Assembly (NCBI GenBank): GCA_051294375.1
Contig: CM119264.1
Span: 6,201,110-6,265,109 of the forward strand
Reading direction: 5' to 3'
Length of the DNA stretch: 64,000 nt
Source of the DNA: Paraspadella gotoi
Taxonomy: Eukaryota; Animalia; Chaetognatha
The translations under genes and the position numbers were made by a program. The notes beneath the pieces are model-generated. The model searched no databases. It was given only the letters and a program-made list of their open reading frames with translations, and was not told where the DNA came from. This document shows positions 15,301 through 30,200 of the stretch, in pieces. Within the stretch, counting starts at the first letter, position 1. Each line of letters opens with the position of its first letter.

Positions 15301-16141
15301 AATTCCGGCGAGGGGAATGGGCTCGTAGTCGCTCTTGCCGCGGGATATAAAAAGTACAAGGTCGCCCTACAGTGCATTAAAGGAGGGGACAACTTTTTTT
15401 GGTAGTAAAGGATAATAACGCGAGAGAGAGAAGCGATACTTAACAAAAATGGAAGCGAATTCAAGAAATTGCGGAAAGAGAAAGAAGAAAAGATAGAAAG
15501 AAGCAGAAAAAGAAAGAAAGAAGGAAAGAAAGAAAAGAAGATAAGAGAGAAAGAAAGAAAGAAAATGATGAGAAAGATTAGAAGGAAAAAAGGATAGAAT
15601 CAGTTAAGATAAAACAAGCTAACTAGGTAAAGTGACAACAAATGAACAACAACAAAAATAAAAGGTTATCCATAATTAGCAACCCTTCAAGTATCGGAAA
15701 ACCCGTAGAAGTCAAATGGTGCTAAAAAAAAAATGAGAGAGAGAGAGGAGAGAGACGAGAGAGAGAAGAAGAGAGAGAAGAGAAAGAAAGAGGATAGAGA
15801 AAATTTATTACGCTATTTCCACTCTCTATATTCTTTAATTTTATATTTTTTATTATTAATAAAAAGATCCTTTGAATTCAAGACTTAACTTCCTACGATT
15901 AATCAATTCCACAGAATTTCTTCGCATCTCTCCGTTTTTTCTCGTAGGCGACGCTAATGGAGTTGTTTCTGCCTTTTGTTCGTTCCGCTTCCAACTTTCG
16001 TTAATTAACTCTTTTCCATGGGGCAAATGAGTTTATTGATTTTATTTCGTCCCGTTATTTTCGATATTTCCCCTTTCATGGCCAACATGAAATGAGTGTT
16101 TGAATTATATATTATTATTATATCGTCCCTCCTTCCTCTCT

Positions 16142-16174
<33 letters not shown>

Positions 16175-17241
16175 TCTCTCCCCCTTTACAAATTCCCGTC
16201 ATTTGGCGCGAATCCAGCAAAATATGAGCGCATTAACTGTCATGACTTCTGTCAACCTTTTTATCGAATCAGCCTTCCCCCCAAAAAATGTTTTTCTCTC
16301 TTCTTTTTATTTACCGAAGGTCCAGAGTTAAAAGGAAACGGTTTGGGTAAAAGTGTAACGGTATACCGTTTGCGTCCGTTCGTAGACCCTTCTCTGTATG
16401 TCAGTTCATAACATCAGTATGTAAAGTGTTATGTTTGCCTCTGCTCTCATATAATTAGCTCTGATTTTCCTTACCGTTTATGTGCACTTTTCTCCACGAA
16501 CCCACATATAAACGTGCAGACATGATGTCAGTAACCGAAGTCCGCAAAATGGCGCCCGAAGCCACAAATATAGACCAGATGTGAAAATAGGCGACATTAT
16601 TACGTCGCGCAAAGGACGCCAACTGGACCTTGGGGAATCGCGTCCGCGGCGTCAAAATGAGTCGCTTGACTCGAACCTCAGAATTAACGTTCAATACAAT
16701 GAAGAAAAAGCGCATATTCAAATGACAGTTGCGGATTATGTCGCAGACTGAATGATATTTGTGACCCCATCGAATACAGCAGAGTCATGTCAGCGCCAAA
16801 CTGTGCCGATGAGTTGGGCGGCGGGTTCACGTTGGAGCCAAACAATTCGTCCTTGCGAAAAGCAAAGAAGAATAAACGGTCTTTTTTTGGGGAGAAGTTA
16901 CTCTTCCTCGCGAGGTCGAAAATGGACAGTGACCTCGCAGTGAGAGAGAGAGAGAGAGAGAGGAAGAGAAGAGAGAGAGAGGAGAGAGACAGAGAGAGGA
17001 GAGAGAAGAGAAGAGAGAGGGAAGAAGGGAGGAGAGAGAGAGAGAGAGAGTAAGAAGAGGGAATAAAAAAAAGAGAAGAAAAGACAATAAAAGGGGGGAA
17101 AATAAAAAAGATCAAGTTTTATTTGGCTTCTCCTAGGTTTTCGCTGTGTCGGCAAGCGTTGGAGGGCCGTGGTGGTGAAATCCTTCAGACCGCTTGTCCT
17201 TTGACAATTGGCTCATAAAGAAGAGCAAGAGAGAAGAGAAG

Positions 17242-17300
<59 letters not shown>

Positions 17301-19171
17301 GATTACAATACACATGGAGACCTTGCGCTCTCTCTGGCGATCTTTCGTACAAGATTATGTGTTGTGTTTGAATAAAAAAAATCGTTGGTCTGGAGGGAAA
17401 TATAAAAATATAGAAGCTTTAATTACAAGTAGCACCGATGCGTTTCGACTCATGAGGCCACGAGAAGCTAGAACCTAATTCCGGTTCAGGGCCTCATAGA
17501 GAAAAGCGGCTGTCTCTTTCGTTTCGCTTTAAAGATGCGATGGATGCGTTGTGGACGCATCTCGATATGAACCCTTTTTTGACACCTGTCTGTCTGGCGG
17601 TCTCTTCTATCTCATCTGTCCATCCCTTCGAGTGTCTGTCTATGAGCCTACCTACCGACCTGCCTATAATTTTTACTATTAGTCCGTCTGTCCGGCTCTC
17701 CGTCTGAGTGATGCATCAAAGCGAAATCTTTTTTTATTTTGTTTCTTAATTTGTTTATATTTTTTTTTTCTTTTCTCTTCGCGCGCGAGAGGAAATTTGT
17801 GGTTCATCGGAGCCAATAACTTTACAGCCGCCGAGTAACCGAAGCTTTTGGGATGAAATTGCATCGCGTCCATCCGAAGGTTTTGGGTGGAGATGCTGGA
17901 CTCCAATTATCGAAGGCTGGGGGGGGTGTGGGGGTGTTGTGGAGAGGGGGAAGGGGATTGGGTCGATGAAGAATGAAGAGAGAAAAGGATTGATGGATGG
18001 AGATGGACGATGACAGGGAAAGGAAATGAATGAGAGAAACAAAATGATGGAGATAAAATCGTTGGAGCATTAGGTAATGATGGAAAGAAGAAGCATAAAG
18101 AGATAAATGATAATAATATATGAATTGATGGAGAGAAAGGAAAGGATGGAAAGAAAGAAAAGTATAACGAGCTAACATAATGATGGAGAGAAACGCTACG
18201 ATGCACGCGAGTGTTCGAAATTGATGGAGAGAAAGAAATCGATGAAAAGAAACGAAAGAACCGAAAGATTAGGAATCCATTGGGAGTTAAAAATCGATGG
18301 GTGAAAAAGATGAGGAGATTTCGTTGGGAATAGAGGATACGTCAAAACGAAGTGAGAAATGAAGGAGGGAAAAAATGAAGCGAATTATGGGAGAGCAGAC
18401 GGCGTTGGGTGGTAAAGGAAGCGAGTGGAGTTGCCATCAGGTCAGGTGGCATCTGCCGGCGTCATGTGGCGTCTTAAGATGGTGTCAAAGTGGTTCAGAT
18501 ATTGATAGTGAGGTATTTTGTGGTGTTGTCTTTAAGCGACAGGTGCCGTCATGTGGTGTTTAGTGACGACAGGTGGCGTCAGGTGTTGTCAGATGGCGAA
18601 GAGAAGCGTCAAATGGCGTCAAGGAATCGAGATGGCCTGAGACTTGAGAAGCAAGAAAGTTGAGACGTGGATGATGTTGAGAAATAATGAAAGAAGAATT
18701 GAAAGAGAAATTGAAAGAGAAATTGAAAGAGGAGAAAAGTAAGGAAATTAAGGGTGAGTAAGCCATGAGTTAGCTTTGGGTAAGGAGTGGGAAAAGATGT
18801 GGGAATCGATAAAGGGTCGACGGTCGAGCTGGGGATTCGATAAGAGAATCGAGAGTCAGAAACAGAGAGAGATGGAGTGGCTGAGAGGCAAAGAGACTTA
18901 AAAGGCGGGTCCCTCGACGAGCGTTTCTCGTCAACGACTTCTCTTAGACGTCGCCAAATCCTCCCTTCAAACTTTTCTTTTCTTTATCCTTTCTATCTTG
19001 TTTTTTTTATTTATTTTTTGTTGTTTTTATTTTCTTATCTTTTGTATATATATTTTTTTCTTTATAGTCTCTTTTCTTCCCTCTCTTTCCTCAATTTTTA
19101 TTTTTTTGGGGCGGTAGGGACCCAACTAGGGTTTATTCTTTCTCTCTATTTTTATTTACTGCCTTTGTTCC

Positions 19172-19344
19172 TTTTTAGTTGCGCCGCGAGTACTCGCGGA
19201 GCAACTCTATAAGTCACTTTTCGGTCGGTCGGTCGGTCTGTCCGTCAGTCTGTCCCACTTACGTTAAAAACGCTTATAACTTGCTTATAGTTTGTTGCTC
19301 ATTTGTTAAAAATCTAATCTAAGCAACTACTGGCGTCGCCTTTT
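19172..19344 (+). mobile_element. Helentron-associated (HINE/DINE-1-like) non-autonomous element
   Basis: T-tract, AGTTGC..GCAACT hairpin, GTCG/GTCY microsatellite, 3' GCAACT sub-terminal repeat, GGCGTCGCC stem-loop, T-tract. Confidence 0.55.
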
Positions 19345-20464
19345 ATTTTAAAAAAAAAGATAAGTAAAAAAAAAGTAATGCGGCGCAACACCTTGGAATA
19401 ACCGTTCCTTGTTCTAACACTTTTCAATCCATCTTATTATTTTTTACATTCAACCCGAGGTTAAGGGACCCCGCGATTTATTAACAAAACTTCACTTTAG
19501 TTTTTTTTCTTGTGTTCCGTGTTATCATTTTTTTTGTGCCGTAATTTCCCCCTCTTTAATCGCTGATTGGTTTTTTGAATTTTTTTCGGTTCAACTTCTT
19601 TTCCGACTGAGCTGAGGGAGATCTTATTTTTACAAACTGCGCAGTTTTTTTTTTGTTTCTTTGGTTCCTCTCCACTTTTTCCAATTTCTGTCCATGACTA
19701 ACGTTAGTGTTTTTCTCTCAGGCCAGATGGCGCTTTAGCAACGTGGTCGAATTTCATCCACGTCCTGGTTTATTGCAGAAACACAACGTCGACGACTGCC
19801 CGATGTGAGAGAGTAAAACGACGACGACGACGACGACGACGACGACGTCCGGTCGGAAATGAAATGTACTCGTCGCTTATTCCACGAATGGATTTAATTC
19901 TTCATCGAAATTGGAAGCGAATCAGACCAAAGAGAGAATTTTATGGAGAAGATAAGAATTGGAATCTCGTCGACTTTCAGTCTCGTGAATCGAAAAAATT
20001 AAAATGGCTAAAAAAAATCTATTAATTAGCCATTTGAAAAAAGAAGTACCGAGATTAACAGTTAACGAAATTTAACGAAATTTTAAAATTAAAAACGTTG
20101 TCGTAGTTGTGGTCGTCATCTTTGCGGTCGAATTGATTTCATTAACAATTGATTTTACATTCCTCGACCTAATCTCGGTCAACTTGAGAAGAAATGTTGC
20201 CCACCTTCGCAATGGGTAATGACAAAGATAGAGAACCAGAAAGACACGCTGAAAGAAAGAGAGAGTCAGAAAGACAGAAACTTCGTTATAACTTCGTTAA
20301 ATCCAACTTGGTTCGTAATCTAATTGCCTCCATTCGCACTCAAACTCCCACGAAACGAATTCTAATCCATAGTTGAATAACCGCTTGGTTAAAACTTAAA
20401 TAATGAACTAAAAAGCTCGGTTAAATTAGTCTTTCTGCGTTGAAAAAGCAAAGTTTGGTGAACC

Positions 20465-20508
<44 letters not shown>

Positions 20509-21133
20509 GGGCAAAAGGCGTTCATCTTCTATTGGATTTTTAAGTGAAACTCGACAGTGACTGTTAACCATGAGATTATGTTGACAGTAATCCATGAGAG
20601 ATTTATTCGCCTCGCTTGTCAATGTCGTCTCACTCTTTNNNNNNNNNNNNNNNNNNNNNNNNNNNNNNNNNNNNNNNNNNNNNNNNNNNNNNNNNNNNNN
20701 NNNNNNNNNNNNNNNNNNNNNNNNNNNNNNNNNNNNNNNNNNNNNNNNNNNNNNNNNNNNNNNNNNNNNNNNNNNNNNNNNNNNNNNNNNNNNNNNNNNN
20801 NNNNNNNNNNNNNNNNNNNNNNNNNNNNNNNNNTTTCTCTCAGGCTCTGACTCTCACTCCCTCCAGCCCGCCGGATTATTGCGTGCCTCGGGATTTTTTT
20901 GCAAGGAACCTCTTTGTTTTTTATTCGTAAGAATTTCTCTTTTTTCTTTTCTCTCGCAAGAAGTTAAAAAGAAAAAGCAATAATACAATCATGGGTTTTT
21001 TTGGGGGGTTGAAAAGTCGTAAAGGGAATAAGAAATAAAAGAAATAAAGAATAAGGAGACACATTTTCTGGGAAAATGCCCCAAGCAAAATGTCAGTCAT
21101 TGAGAGAGTACATTCTCGGCCAAGTACGGAGCA

Positions 21134-21186
<53 letters not shown>

Positions 21187-21911
21187 CTTTGTTGAATTTA
21201 GTTGTTACAATATTCATTCATTCCTTCTTACTTCTTCTCTTTCTCCTTAAAATAAAACCGAACCCTTTCACCACCTTTCTTTTCCCCGAGTCATTAAGAC
21301 CCTCGCCTCCCTTCCTCACCCCAACTCGACCCTCCCCCTTTACCCCCCCCTTCCACTTCCACCTTCCCCCCTCCCACCTTCCCCCCTTTCGTCCGAATCG
21401 AATTCGAGTTCCTGAGGGAGAAAAATTTGTTGGCGAACCCCTGGGGACGCTTGCCCTTTCTTCGTCCGAACTTCGAGGAAACGTTGTTGGGTGGAAAGTG
21501 GGGGATGGTGTCAAAGGGTGGGATGGGGTGGTGAAGGAGGCGAGGGTGGATCGAGGTAGAAAGGGTGAACATGAACTTGGTGTTAGGGCGGAATGAAACT
21601 GTCGAAAATCGCCGTGGTTGCGGTTCGGCGCTGCAATGGAAAATGGACCATCTGCCAGTTTAAATTAGACGCGGACAAAAAAGAATCGTTTCTTCCGCGT
21701 TATTGTTGGTCAAATTTGAAACAGGATCGGTCGATATTTATCGCCTTCTGTTTTTCAGCTAGTTTTGGCTGTTTTACTGAGAACTACTCTTGTTCAATAC
21801 TATACTAAATTGTCGTTGCCAACTTGATGGGACGAAACTTTAAATAGAAAAAGGGAATTCATTCAAGTTATTTCTTTATTTCTACAAATTTCTTTTTATT
21901 CATTCTTTTTT

Positions 21912-21994
<83 letters not shown>

Positions 21995-22011
21995 CTCTTT
22001 CTTTCTTTTTT

Positions 22012-22055
<44 letters not shown>

Positions 22056-22057
22056 TC
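21912..22057 (+). repeat. (TTTC)n microsatellite
   Basis: Direct inspection. Confidence 0.95.
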
Positions 22058-22405
22058 ATTTTTTTTCTCTTTATTCAATTTTTCTTCATATCTATCTTTT
22101 TCTCTATCAGAATCAGAGGGAAATCAACGAAAAAAAAAGTAAAAATTTAAGTGATAAAATAAGGAAGATTAGCAAATCAGTAGAGGGCAAAGAAAAAAGA
22201 GAGAAATTGAGAGAAAAGATTCTAGTAAATCGAAGGAAAAAGAAAAGTAAAGAAGAAAGAAAGAAATGGCGTCGCTTTTAACTAAAGGAAGAAGAAAAAG
22301 GAGATAATAAATGGAGACATTTAATCTCGGAGGAGAAATAAGATGCGTTCGATTCAAAACCGAATTATTGCCTCAAGGTTATCAAAGTGAGAAAGTGTTA
22401 AAGAA

Positions 22406-22438
<33 letters not shown>

Positions 22439-22862
22439 AAGAATGACAGCTGTAACCTATCAAGTATCTATCTATCTGTTAATTTCATTACATTACGTAG
22501 TATCATTGCCATAGTAAAGACCCTACGAAAAAAAATTTCTTCCTGTATCATATTCGAAGAGAGTATTGTTTCGGTTGCCAAGAGACGAAAACAAAGAGAA
22601 AACCTCTAACCCTCTCGTCTTATCTGATGAAAATATACAACGTTGACGAAAAAAAATAATAGAGGGAGTTTTCGTGAGAATTCTTTGTTTGTTTTCATTC
22701 TGCTGACGGAGAAAAATATAGAAGGACAGTCGAGATTTATTCCTTTGCCTTTTGGAGCGGAATATTTAAATAAATTGTGCTTTATCCAAATTTGACGTTT
22801 GTTTTTTGTTTAAATGGCTAACAATTAGGTTTTTTCCTACAGACTTACTTAATGGCTTCCCT

Positions 22863-22866
<4 letters not shown>

Positions 22867-22943
<77 letters not shown>
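22867..22943 (+). repeat. (TC)n microsatellite (one of many GA/TC tracts)
   Basis: Direct inspection. Confidence 0.95.
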
Positions 22944-22946
<3 letters not shown>

Positions 22947-23219
22947 TGCCCAGGATATCGCGTCCCCTGAGATGCATATCTGACTCTGAAATCATTAGAA
23001 CCGAAAAAAAAAATCTCCGTTTTTCTTTTGATATCTTTCGAAAATTCCCCGTCTGCCATCTTGGTCGTTTCGGCTCATCCATGCTTAGCAAGTCACTCCC
23101 TACGACCCTGCTTCCTCCTTCTCCATTTTTACTCCCGCTCATTTCTAATATTTTTTTATATTCTTATAAATTCGATCATTACAATGCCTTCATTTAAGTT
23201 TCTCTTTTCGCACTTCTTA

Positions 23220-23230
23220 TCGTCCTCGTT

Positions 23231-23261
<31 letters not shown>

Positions 23262-23280
23262 TCATCATCATCATCAAATC

Positions 23281-23337
<57 letters not shown>

Positions 23338-23347
23338 AATCATCATC
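23220..23347 (+). repeat. Compound (GTC)n(ATC)n microsatellite
   Basis: Direct inspection. Confidence 0.92.
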
Positions 23348-23620
23348 GTGATCGTCGTTTTATTTGTAATCCTCGTCAGCAGCATCGTTTTCATCTTTGT
23401 CGTCGTCACCTGGCCGCGAATCCCGGGACGGCTGGGGCTGCGGCGTCGGCAGCGGCGGCGACGGCGCCATTTCCGGTTCCGCCGTCACATTCACGATTCC
23501 ATCGACTTTGGCCTGGAACTGTCGCGGAAATATGATGTTGTCACGCAACATTGGTCCGTCCCATAGATTCCTCTCTTTGGCGGCGCGAGGCGCTGTTTTG
23601 TAAGAGTTTTCTCGGAAAAG

Positions 23621-23723
<103 letters not shown>

Positions 23724-24662
23724 AGATAATTTTTGAAATTTGGAGCTCTCGCGTTGGCCTAGTATTATTTTTTTTTATATAATTAGTATCTTTTTCTTTT
23801 GCCTTCTTTACGATGCAATTTGACAATTATTAGTTTCTTCTATCAGCTCCGTCCGATTTATTTTTTTTCTTTTCTCGACTGGTTTTTATATTCTCGGCCT
23901 TTCCTTTCAATAATTGATCCTCGGTTTTACGTCGAGCGTTAAATTCATTTTTATTTCCTTCTTTAAGGAGGCGATGGCGGTGGTGGTGGCGGAAGTGGTG
24001 GCGGAGGTGGTAAGGGGAGTGTTTACCACCCTTCACAAAGCCGGGCCTAGGGGGGGGGACATGGAGGCTCATGGGGCTGAAAAAAAATATGTATTTAAAA
24101 AACAGAAAAATAAAAATATAAAATAAATAGAACCTGATTTTTGTTTTGTCAGTGCTGGGAAGAGATTTTGCTCAAAGGCGTCGTTGGCGTCGTTGTTAAT
24201 GACTTTAATGACTTGCAAGGATGGCGTTAGTGGTGAGTTTGGTGAATGTGACGTGGTTTAGGAGTTGACGGTTGCATGCCAAGTGATGGACCGGAAAGCT
24301 GAGTCCAAGTGGGAAGTGGGTTTGGGGGCTGATGGAGTCGGGATGAAGTGGAAGGGACGTTTGATGGTGAAAGTTTAGGACTGAGAGTCGGACCTGAGTG
24401 TTTGTGTTTGGAATCGTCATGGTGATTGCATTGGTCAATGGTCGATGAGTTATTCTGTCAGGAAGGAAAACAATTTTAAGTGATCTCTTCTTTTCTAGAA
24501 CCTGAGGAAGAGGAGGAAGAGAAGAAGGAGGAGGAAGAGGACAGAAGGAGAAGAAGGAGGAGGAGAAGGAGGAGGAGGAGGAGGAGGAGGAGAAGGAGGA
24601 GGAAAGGGATGAGTTGTGAAGCAGTGATCAGGTAAAAGGATGGTAGCGTCTTTAGCAAGTTT

Positions 24663-24712
<50 letters not shown>

Positions 24713-24715
24713 ACT

Positions 24716-24746
<31 letters not shown>

Positions 24747-25271
24747 TTCTTCTCTCTCTTCTCTCTCTCTCCTCTCTCTCTCGTCTCTCTCTTCTCTCTC
24801 TCTCTCTCTCTCTGTATCAATGATGAGAGCTGCAACAATTTCGTAACATTTTTCCCCCCCAAAAAAGAAATATAAAATGTATAAAATCTAACTAAACGTA
24901 AAATGTGGGAAAACGTAGGAAAACTTTTTCATTCCTTCAAGGTCTTAACGCCTACAGAGGAAATAAGATAAAAAGAAAGAAAAAGAAAAAAGAAACTTTT
25001 GCTAGTCGTTCGGAAATTTTCAAGTTAGAAATTGAGCACTAAGTTCGTGGAGAGCGAAAAATAGGAAAACTTAAAAACCTCTTATGTGGCGTCCGGTTGT
25101 CTTGGCGTCCCGTCTTTAAACTTCCCGTCATATTTCCACGTTCTGCTCTTTATCATCTCGTTAATATTTTTAAACATTCCCGCCATCGTTATTTCTCATT
25201 TTTCTTCATTCTTCTTCATCCAACTTTATCTAATTCTCCCACTTTTAGACAATTTGATTTGCATTTTCGAT

Positions 25272-25422
25272 CTTTGTCCAAATTGGTCCACATTTAACCA
25301 ATTTCGTCCAACTTCCAACTTTGTCCAACTTTGTGCAACTTGGTCCTACTTCTTTCAACTTTGTCCAAATTTGACCAACTTGGTCCAACTATGTCCAACT
25401 TTGTCCAAATTTGACCAACTTC
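25272..25422 (+). repeat. Degenerate ~10-bp tandem repeat (TTTGTCCAAC)
   Basis: Repeated TTGTCCAACT/TTGACCAACT units. Confidence 0.8.
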
Positions 25423-26434
25423 ATTCCTCATTCGAATCGAATCGACTCGGGTCAATCAAGTGAAGTCGCCAGGGACTTTTGGCGTCTCGAACAATTTGAT
25501 TGAGGCATTGATGATTCTTGGAAATTCTCGCTCTTCCCTCTTGGAACCGAATTGGCATTTCTGGGGCCAAAGGAAGTCGGACGCCAACGGAAATGGAGGA
25601 GAAAATATCTGAGGTGGATTGGATGATGCAACCCTTGGAAAGATTTTATCAAATATGGCATCAAAAAATTACGATGCGAAAGATTGGGTGACGGTATAAG
25701 ATATTAAAAACATAATAAATGTAAAAAAGTGTAAATACATATTGAGATGAAAGATATAAAGATTAAATGGATTGAAGAAAGAAGCATCATGACCAGTAGT
25801 CATCCACCACATTGTGACCACTTCGACCACAAGGATACAACCAATAACCATTCCAACATGTGAATTATTCCGAGAAAAAAAGATGAAAAGATGGAATGAG
25901 GGATATACGACCGAAGCTTCGAGTTTTTGATGCTGTAATAACCGCCGCTCGAAAAAGCGCCGAACACGATTAGGGCTAAAATCCGTGATAAAAATCTTAA
26001 TTATATTAAAAATACAAAAATGTTATTTATTGAAAACTAGTGTTATTATCGTTTTAATCAATATTTTTGTTTAATAGAACAAAAAAAAGTAAATGGTAAC
26101 TCAATAGTATATAAATAACTATGCTATAAAATTATTAAAATTTTTAGAAATTCATATCTTATAAAATATCTTTAATAAATTTTTTTTATAAGTTTTTTAA
26201 AAGCATATCCTACTCGTTGTCTTGTCCAAAAATACCCTCTTTTTCGTAGTTCCATTTATGGTCAATAACTGGAGTAGTGGTTCGGCGGCGCCGCCGCCGC
26301 AGCATCCGCCGCCGCCGCCGCAGACGCTGACGAGATCGCAACGATATACATTCCAGAATCCCCCTCGTCGATATTCAGCTCCATTGACTGACTTAACGGA
26401 GTAACACTCGCCGCTGAAACGACTATAGTCATTG

Positions 26435-26465
<31 letters not shown>

Positions 26466-27045
26466 TTATTACGTCACTGTTGTCTGTGCCAATACTGTTG
26501 ACTTTTTCGTCAGAAAATCGTCACATTTATTTCGTGATTATCGCTATGATTGTTGTTTGTTTTTTTCATTATCATAATTTTTTATCCATGTCCTTTTAAT
26601 CGTCCTCATAATTGTCCTTATCATAAACGTTATCATAATCATTATTGCGTTATACCGATGTGCTATCATTGATGGAAGAGAATTATCAAACGGATAGTGT
26701 TATTAACAGTGTTAATAATAGTGTTATTCCATCTCTAAAGATATCTATTGAATCTTGAGTTTGAAATAAAGACAAAGTCATTTTACAACAACGATTAGGT
26801 TTTTTATTGTCAAAATTGTCAGAGCGCTGATAAAGGCTTGCATTAAATATATTAAAATAAATTAATAATAATATATAATAATATATAATCGTTGATAATC
26901 ATTGATTGCGAAAATAAAGTCTCAGGGTAATAAAAAAAAGAGGGACTGGTCAATGGTGATGACTCATCAGTGAATCACTTTCACATTCTTGTCGTCCTCG
27001 TGATTCTCGACAGAATTCGACCACCGATCACCTTAACGACCTTAC

Positions 27046-27085
<40 letters not shown>

Positions 27086-27177
27086 AACGACGAGTGAGGA
27101 TCTGACCCGAAACGGTCGTTCGTCGTCGCCGCCGAAGTGGACGCCCCAATTTGCTTCCGGGGCGAATCTATGGGATA

Positions 27178-27229
<52 letters not shown>

Positions 27230-30200
27230 AAATTGCGAGAGCTTATCTCCCCCGAAGAAAAGTTTTCCTTTCGACCTTGGGTCATCCTTTTCACTTCCTT
27301 CCATCGCCGGACATAAAAAGGCGTTAAAAAGTTTTTTTACTATGGGATATTTTTTTAAATATTTTTTTCCTTATACATGTATTATGCATTTTACGTTTCT
27401 GAATGAACAAAACCTCGCACATTCTTATAGCATATCAAAATTCATATCGTAATATAGTCGGTAACGTTTCTTTTTTTTTTCCTTTCCTTTTCATTTCTTT
27501 CCTTTTTCCTTCCTTCCTTCATTTAAAAAAAAAAGATAACTCTCGGGACTTGACAAGGATTCGCAGAAACGGAACTTTTCGTCTAAATAGGAACGTCTTC
27601 ATCTTCTTGGCGCTNNNNNNNNNNNNNNNNNNNNNNNNNNNNNNNNNNNNNNNNNNNNNNNNNNNNNNNNNNNNNNNNNNNNNNNNNNNNNNNNNNNNNN
27701 NNNNNNNNNNNNNNNNNNNNNNNNNNNNNNNNNNNNNNNNNNNNNNNNNNNNNNNNNNNNNNNNNNNNNNNNNNNNNNNNNNNNNNNNNNNNNNNNNNNN
27801 NNNNNNNNNNNNNNNNNNNNNNNNNNNNNNNNNNNNNNNNNNNNNNNNNNNNNNNNNNNNNNNNNNNNNNNNNNNNNNNNNNNNNNNNNNNNNNNNNNNN
27901 NNNNNNNNNNNNNNNNNNNNNNNNNNNNNNNNNNNNNNNNNNNNNNNNNNNNNNNNNNNNNNNNNNNNNNNNNNNNNNNNNNNNNNNNNNNNNNNNNNNN
28001 NNNNNNNNNNNNNNNNNNNNNNNNNNNNNNNNNNNNNNNGTATCTTTTTCACACTAAAAACAATTCGCATTCAAGAAAGGATTTTCCAGCGGAAACTTTT
28101 TGGTTGTTATTTTTTTTGTGAACAAAAAAAAATTTCACTGTTGAAGTCTCGATTTTGGCGCAGAAATTTTGTCATTCATATTATGTGGTTTGAATTTCGT
28201 ATGATTTATACGTACATTTTATAATTTCGATATTTAGTTTGACTTTAGTAAGTTCGTAAGAAAACCCTGTTTGGAGGGCTCTTTAGCAAAACCCAATGTT
28301 TTCAGGTCATATGAATTTAAATAATTATGATCTGATTTAACGAAAGGAAACTAAATGGAAACGGAACCAGTCTCGATTCTCATGAAAATCGATAAAAAAA
28401 GGAACAAAAGAACAAAAGAACAAAAGTTCCATTTTTAAAAAAATACCTTTCCAGGAACAAGAAATCCCAGGCCGTTGCCGCCAATCGCTCCCCTTTTATT
28501 TTCACCATAAAATTTGAGAGAAAGAGAAATAAATTTCATATTTTTTTTCCTATGAATAAAAATGAGGTCTTTAGTACTTTAGGGAGAAACTCGGTTTTTA
28601 CGAGTATCGGCTTCTCGCGAAAGTCGGATATTATAAAGTTACGCGTCTCGCAAAATCGCGCGTAATCAACTCGATTGCGTCGTTTTTGAAAAGGGAAATG
28701 AGTTTCGTTTAATCGCTACATCGGGAATAACGTTAATAACGAACCTCGCGACTCTTAAAGCCGAGTGGCGGAATGTAGTCTTCGGACCGAAAGGCGAAAG
28801 CATTAAATTTAAATGAATTCACTTCGATTTAAGTTTTATGAGTTTCCCTTAATTAAAATTATATCATGAGCTCAAGGATATTTCAATTAAGGAATCTTGA
28901 ATATTTTACTCGCAAAGAAAAAAAAACCATTGACAGCTGCCAGTTTAAATACGAACAAATCTTTAAAAAAAAATTTTTACTGAATGTTTTCATTCGAAGC
29001 AATTTCTCTGTGAATTATATAGTTTTAAGGGCTATCACTATAAAAATACAAAATCTAATTTTATTTACGTGTTCCTCCTTTTTTTGCCCACAAAACGATC
29101 CGTTTCGTCCCGATATTTCGCAAATCCTCGACGCCGCGACGCCACGACGCCGTTTTCTGGCGCCGCAACGAGATTCTCGCGTCGTTGGCTGCAACATGGA
29201 CCGGAAGTCCGACCGGTGATCCGAAAGAAATGAGGAGGCATCGACATCGACGATACGGGCTCAGATGGAATCGTCGATCGGAAACGAGGGATGGAAACGA
29301 TTGCGATGATGATGTCCACAAAAATGGCGGCGAAGACCTTTGCTCTAACAACAACAACAACAAAGAATGAACAACAACAACAATCGCTCCAAGGACCGAG
29401 CACTAGAGATTCTGGAGAAAATTCAATTAAGTCGAGTGATTTTTAGGCTTTGACCCAACTTTGGACCGCATCAAAAAGTGTCGCAAACTCTGAGATAGTT
29501 TCTCATTCCGTTATGCACTCTCTCNNNNNNNNNNNNNNNNNNNNNNNNNNNNNNNNNNNNNNNNNNNNNNNNNNNNNNNNNNNNNNNNNNNNNNNNNNNN
29601 NNNNNNNNNNNNNNNNNNNNNNNNNNNNNNNNNNNNNNNNNNNNNNNNNNNNNNNNNNNNNNNNNNNNNNNNNNNNNNNNNNNNNNNNNNNNNNNNNNNN
29701 NNNNNNNNNNNNNNNNNNNNNNNNNNNNNNNNNNNNNNNNNNNNNNNNNNNNNNNNNNNNNNNNNNNNNNNNNNNNNNNNNNCTTTCTTTCTTTCTCAGT
29801 CCCCCTCTCCTCTTTATTCAGAGCGCGTCTTCGCCCATTTTGATTCTGGTAGGAATAGTAAGGCAAAGTATGCGGACGTAAAGGCCGCAACCAATCAACC
29901 TTTCAACCACCGACGCCATCCAAGCCACGACCAATCAATCTCTCAACCACTCTCACACCACAACCACCACCACAACTACCCCCCCCACAACGCCCACGCC
30001 TATCTTTTCTCGCCCTCCTCGCGAGAGCTCAATCTCTTTGGAAGAGGAGTTCGTTTAAAAAGAGATTCGCCAGAAGACGAGAAATTTGGTTTTTCACGAG
30101 AGATTAGTTTTCAGCGCTTGACAAGACGCGTCTCTTCCAAAAATAACCGTCTCCTCGCTCCAGCCAATCCGGTTCTCTCTTTTTGCTCCAGTAGACGCGA

